This document shows positions 59,349 to 64,000 of a DNA stretch of 64,000 bases, piece after piece. Made by a program: the position numbers and the translations under genes. Under the pieces are notes generated by a model. The model was given only the letters and a program-made list of their open reading frames with translations, did no database searches and had not been told where the DNA came from. Positions within the stretch are counted from its first letter, which is position 1. Every line of letters starts with the position of its first letter. The stretch is from contig CAZXJJ010000003.1 in NCBI GenBank assembly GCA_964640995.1, forward strand, positions 75,272 through 139,271, read 5' to 3'. The DNA comes from an uncultured Caldisericota bacterium. GTDB lineage: Bacteria; Caldisericota; Caldisericia; B22-G15.

Positions 59349-61151
59349 TTAACCCATTCCTCCACCTGAACCACCGCCTCCCCCTCCGCCACCACCTGAA
59401 AATCCTCCACCCCCTCCGCGACCAGAACTCCAACTACTACTTGATGTCTTATAAGCAGTTGATGTTGCAGTTGCAATTTGAGAAATAGCGCTATTTATTA
59501 AGTTTAAACCTCTATCAAAACTTGAAAATTGTGATGCTGTTGCAAAAGCAAGAAGTCTTCCATTTTGAATATCTTCAATTTGAGGAAACAAAATTTTTAA
59601 TACTTTAAGAACTGTACTTGCAACTCCTAATACAGTTGCATAAATTAAATATTTTTCCCATAAAAAAATAGATTTAGGCCCATAATCTTTTAAATTTGAA
59701 AAATCGCTTAAGAATCTCTTGAATGCAACCCACTTATCGAACTCTTCTTTTCCTTTAAATGACCTTCTTCTAATTGCAATAGAACCAAATATTAAATAAA
59801 TTGGTGATAAAATTAGCCATGTTAAATATAAGAAATTTTGAAAGAAAATAGTTAAGATGGTCGCTAAAAAAGGAATAAGACAACCTAATCCATATACAAA
59901 ATCGCTTCTTTTCTTACTTGTTTTATCAAAAAAGTCATATTTTTGTGATTCGCTATTTATCTCTTTTTTGAATTTTTCAAAACTATAATAATATTTTTCT
60001 TGATTTTTTCTAATCTTTTTATTTAAATCTTTAATAGTGAATGAATCCTCTTTGTCAAATAAAATTTTATCAATTAAAATTTTTTCAAATTCAGATAAAT
60101 TTTCCATTTTCTTTTCATAATTTTCTCTATCAAGAACAAAAATTAAGTCTTTCTTTGAAGAAGGATTCTCCTCTAAATCGATAATTTCTTGATGAATCAA
60201 ATCCATAACAGTTGCCTTAAGAAATGAACCTTGAAATGTACCAAAAGTCATAAGATGCCCTAAAACAGCTGGTTTAATATCACATGGTGGTTCTCTATAA
60301 TACTCATAATTTTTAGGAATATTGTACTCTTTTCCATATTTAAAATATTGATAAATTAAAAGAATAATAAATAAAATTAAACCAACAAATGGAAGAAAAA
60401 TATTTATTTTTGCTAGAACTCTCTTTCTATTTGCCTCCCTTGCCCATTTTGTCTCTTCTTCAATAACTTTTTCTTTTATATTTCCTTCTAATTCATTTGA
60501 AACTCCAAAATAGGTTGATGGAATAAGAATTCTTGCTTCAACAAAAGTTTTTGGAGGAACATCTTCAACATATAAAAAAATTGTTTTTTCATCTATTTTC
60601 TTAATCTCTCCCCAAAGTGGTCCATGAGCCCATATAAAATATTCATCTTTTGGAACAGGAGAGACAAGTTTTATTGTTGACTCAAATTCTCCAATCTTTT
60701 TATCCCAGCCCTCACCTTGAAGTTTCCAGTAGAATTCTCCATAATCTTCATAAACTTTAATAACTCCACCTAATTTATAAATAAACTTGAATGTTTTAGT
60801 TTCGTCTTGTGCAGTGTAATAGAAAAAAATTCTAAAAAAAGTCCCGCCATCCTCTATATAATATGTATAAGGTAGTTTTGTTTTATCTTTTTTATAAACC
60901 TTATCTCCCTCATAAACCTCAAATAATTCAAGTGTTTCGAAACCTGTTTTTGGTAAATCATAATAACCAAATGTGAAACTTCCTTGAAATGTATATGTTC
61001 TCTCTTCAATAAAATATGCACTTCCATCTTTGTTTAATGTAACATCAATTTTAACATTTGTAATTGAATAATCTTTTGAAAATGAATTGTTAATGCTTGT
61101 TGTAAAAATCAATAAAAATAGAATAAATATTTTAAGTGATATTTTTTTCAT
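59349..61151 (-). CDS. DUF2207 family membrane protein
   Basis: YSI..V..DGSA..EERTY, EFYWKLQG, WAHGP, W.AFKRFL.DF, WEKYLIYATVLGV; Gly/Ser-rich tail. Start moved to 61151. Confidence 0.92.
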   Translation of the reverse strand: MKKISLKIFILFLLIFTTSINNSFSKDYSITNVKIDVTLNKDGSAYFIEERTYTFQGSFTFGYYDLPKTGFETLELFEVYEGDKVYKKDKTKLPYTYYIEDGGTFFRIFFYYTAQDETKTFKFIYKLGGVIKVYEDYGEFYWKLQGEGWDKKIGEFESTIKLVSPVPKDEYFIWAHGPLWGEIKKIDEKTIFLYVEDVPPKTFVEARILIPSTYFGVSNELEGNIKEKVIEEETKWAREANRKRVLAKINIFLPFVGLILFIILLIYQYFKYGKEYNIPKNYEYYREPPCDIKPAVLGHLMTFGTFQGSFLKATVMDLIHQEIIDLEENPSSKKDLIFVLDRENYEKKMENLSEFEKILIDKILFDKEDSFTIKDLNKKIRKNQEKYYYSFEKFKKEINSESQKYDFFDKTSKKRSDFVYGLGCLIPFLATILTIFFQNFLYLTWLILSPIYLIFGSIAIRRRSFKGKEEFDKWVAFKRFLSDFSNLKDYGPKSIFLWEKYLIYATVLGVASTVLKVLKILFPQIEDIQNGRLLAFATASQFSSFDRGLNLINSAISQIATATSTAYKTSSSSWSSGRGGGGGFSGGGGGGGGGSGGGMG

Positions 61152-61193
61152 AAAATACTCTCCTTTTAAAATAAATTTATTCAATTTTATCAC

Positions 61194-61424
61194 TTATTTA
61201 ATTATTTCTCCACTATAAGTAAAACTACCTTTTTTTAATTTAATATAAATTTTTGTATCAACTCCAATTAAATTACCACATTCACAGAAATATTTATCTT
61301 CAACTTTGTTAATGTTATAAGCTTCTTTTATCCTATTTTTCCATAAGTGAAGCAATCTTCCCTCTCCAATTTTTTCATATTTATACAATTTTCTTTTACA
61401 TTTAGAGCATCTCAAGGTTAACAT
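61194..61424 (-). CDS. Small zinc-ribbon-like hypothetical protein
   Basis: RCSKC..KYEKIGEGR..FCECG..IG; start at MLTLR is assumed. Confidence 0.65.
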   Translation of the reverse strand: MLTLRCSKCKRKLYKYEKIGEGRLLHLWKNRIKEAYNINKVEDKYFCECGNLIGVDTKIYIKLKKGSFTYSGEIIK

Positions 61425-61556
61425 AATTAAAATGCAATTTTGATGCAACTTTTAAATAAAAATATTAAAACTATCAATAAGATAACAAAAATTATTAATC
61501 GAAATAAACAACTTATTAAACAATATCCATTTTTCATATGTTAATTTTAAAATAAT

Positions 61557-62657
61557 TCACAAAGATTTTAAACCACTTCCTGTTAAAATACAAACTATAT
61601 TTTCTTTTTTATTTAAATTATTTAAATATTTTTTTAAACCCGCATATTGAACTGCTGAAGTTGGTTCAACAAAAATTCCTCTTCTTGCAAGTTCTTTTTG
61701 CGAATTGATAATCTCATCTTCATTTACAGTTAGAACTTCTCCATTTGTTTCATAAATTACCTTTAATATATCTTTACCTCTAACTGGATTTGCAATTGCA
61801 ATTCCTTCTGCAACTGTGTCTTTTTTATGAAATTTTTTTATTAAGAAACTCTTATTTTTAAATGCTTCAAAAATTGGAGCACAATTTTTAGATTGAATAC
61901 AAATTAATTTAGGATATGAATCTATAACACCACTTGTTTTTAAATCTTTTAAACCTCTATAAATTCCAAGAAGTAGTGAACCATTTCCAACTGGAATAAC
62001 AATTGAATCAGGAAGAGAAAAATCGAGTTGCTCGAAAATTTCAAAAATAACTGTTTTTGTTCCTTGAATAAAGTAAGGATTCAAAAAGTGACTTGCATAA
62101 TAAAAATTTATTGAAAACTCTTTTGCCTTAAGATGAACCTTATCTCTTGAAAGTGGTAAGATGTGTAAATTTGCACCAAAAATTTCAATCTGTTTTATTT
62201 TATTTTTCGAAGCACTTTCAGGAACAAAAATATCACACTCAATTTCAGCAATAGCAGAGTATGCTGCAATTGATGCCCCAGCATTACCAGAAGAATCTTC
62301 AACTACTCTTTTTATTCCAAGTTCTTTTACCTTACTAATTAGAACAGTTGAACCTCTATCTTTAAATGAAGAGGTTGGAAATAAAAAATCAAGTTTAAAA
62401 TAAATATCATAATCCTCAATTTTTAATTTGATTAAAGGAGTAAAACTTTCATTAAAAGATATTATATTTTTCTCATCCTTTATTGGTAAAAATTTTTTAT
62501 ATCTCCAAAGCCCCTCCCTTTTTTTATCAATCTTATCGATTTTAAACAATGGATAGAATTCTAAATCTAAGCATCCCCCACAATCACATATAACTTTTTT
62601 GTCTTCTTCTCTATAAACTCTCCCACACTTAACACATTTAACTTTTATTTCTTCCAT
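61557..62657 (-). CDS. thrC: Threonine synthase-family PLP enzyme
   Basis: N-terminal CxxC..CxC, PTSSFKDRG, DSSGNAG, PVGNG, AEGIAI, GIFVEPTSA, LTGSGLK. Confidence 0.88.
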   Translation of the reverse strand: MEEIKVKCVKCGRVYREEDKKVICDCGGCLDLEFYPLFKIDKIDKKREGLWRYKKFLPIKDEKNIISFNESFTPLIKLKIEDYDIYFKLDFLFPTSSFKDRGSTVLISKVKELGIKRVVEDSSGNAGASIAAYSAIAEIECDIFVPESASKNKIKQIEIFGANLHILPLSRDKVHLKAKEFSINFYYASHFLNPYFIQGTKTVIFEIFEQLDFSLPDSIVIPVGNGSLLLGIYRGLKDLKTSGVIDSYPKLICIQSKNCAPIFEAFKNKSFLIKKFHKKDTVAEGIAIANPVRGKDILKVIYETNGEVLTVNEDEIINSQKELARRGIFVEPTSAVQYAGLKKYLNNLNKKENIVCILTGSGLKSL

Positions 62658-64000
62658 CTGAAAAATTAATATCTATTTCCTTATTTATAATCAATTCCTT
62701 AAGAGTGTCAACAACAATTGGGTCATATAAAATTCCTTTATTCTCTTTTAATTCTCTCAAAGCATCATTTACGCTAAATGCTGGTCTATAAGGTCTATGA
62801 GATGTCATTGCTTCAAAAACAAGGCAAACAGCAATAATTCTTACCTCAAGAAGAATTTCATCATCCTTTAGTCCTAATGGGTATCCTGAACCACATAATC
62901 TTTCATGGTGTTGAAGAACAATATCTGCAACTGGAGTCAGATATTCTACTCTTTTTATTATTTCATAACCGTTTTTACTGTGTTCTTTTACAAGCAAATA
63001 TTCATTTTCAGAAAATTTTCCTCCTTTATTTAAAACCTCAGTTGGAATTGTTAGTTTACCAATATCATGTAAAAATGATGCTAATCTTATTCTCTCAATA
63101 ATATCTTTGTTTAAATTTAATTTTTCAGCAATTTTTATAGCCATGTATGCAACTTTTCCTTGATGTCCCAAAGTATAAGGGTCTTTCATCGCTGTTATTT
63201 TTGTTATTAAATTCAAAATATTAACAAGAGACCTAGAAAGTTTTCTTCTTCTCTCTTCAATCTCTTCTTTTAATTCTTTTTCTTCAGTTTTATCTCGTAA
63301 CATCCCAACTGCATATAAAAAATTATTATTTTCATCATAAATTGCTGATGTAAAAAGATGACCCCAAAAGATTGTTCCATCTTTTCTTATATATCTTTTT
63401 TCAATTTCAAAAGAATCTATTTCTCTATTAATAAGTTTTTCAATTAACTTTTCCTGTTTTTCCCAATCATCTGGATGAATTATATCTTTCCATGTCAAAT
63501 TTTGTAATTCTTCTTTTTTATAGCCTAGTAATTTTAAATAAACTTCATTCATATTGATAAAGTTATTGTCTTTAAAGTCTACTATAACAACTCCAAGGGG
63601 ATTTTTCTCAAAAAATAATCTATATCTTTTTTCACTTTCTGTAAGCGATTTCTCTAACATTTTTCTTTCTGTGATATCTTCAATCATAGCAATTTCATAA
63701 AGGAAATTTCCATCTTGATCATCAACTCTTACAACTTTTATATTTATCCAAATTACTTTTTTATCTTTTCTAATCGCTCTTTTTTTCAGGTGAATAAGAA
63801 TATATTTCTCCCTTAATTAATTTATTAAATTTTTCTAAATCTTCCTCTATGTCTTCTGGATAGGTTAAATCCATCCATTTAACATTTTTAAGTTCCTCAA
63901 ATTTATATCCCATTATCTCTTACCATTTTGGATTACAATATAATAACTCTCCATTTTTATCAGTTAAGGTGATACCAATTGTAGCATATTCAAAAAGAAA
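62638..64000 (-). pseudogene. Multi-PAS HD-GYP protein disrupted in its 5' part (5' end outside the window); 62638-63687 remains an intact PAS-HD-GYP ORF
   Basis: The upstream PAS frame FLFEYATIGITLTDKNGELLYCNPKW*EIMGY.. has TAA at 63920-63922. A 7-base A run (63780-63786) shifts it by +1 relative to the downstream EKRAIRKDKKVIW..MIEDITERK PAC frame. Confidence 0.8.

Noticed and set aside
59349-59430. Locally GC-rich, repetitive stretch
   Set aside because: It encodes the usual Gly/Ser-rich tail of DUF2207 proteins and is not an RNA gene.

Overview
Strongly AT-rich, densely packed bacterial chromosomal window with about 60 protein-coding genes. I found no rRNA, tRNA, CRISPR array or transposase. 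Most content is housekeeping: comM (partial), hpf, secA, prfB, livKHMGF, iorAB, uvrB, groESL with a CIRCE element, alr, clpC, holA, rpsT, hsp20, acp and thrC. A branched-chain polyamine synthase, ferredoxin-linked IOR, several archaeal-type enzymes and a copper-amine-oxidase-N 'stalk' domain suggest an anaerobic thermophile, possibly Caldisericota-like (inference only). The most unusual element is a coupled two-gene module at 31650-33451 (-). It encodes an AEP primase-polymerase-like domain fused to a minimal ATP-dependent DNA ligase with no OB-fold, followed 2 nt later by an unrecognised protein, and there is no Ku gene in the window. Other oddities: a FolK-BirA fusion, degenerate PfkB and CbiX proteins, an archaeal-type CTP-dependent riboflavin kinase, an MglAB-DUF4388 module, a degenerate FMN-fold-thioredoxin/CcdA pair, a GGDEF plus HD-GYP hybrid, a doubly disrupted PAS/HD-GYP gene at the right edge, prfB without its frameshift, several apparently leaderless genes and a recurring 16-nt promoter spacer. 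All product calls come from motif recognition by eye; no database searches were run.
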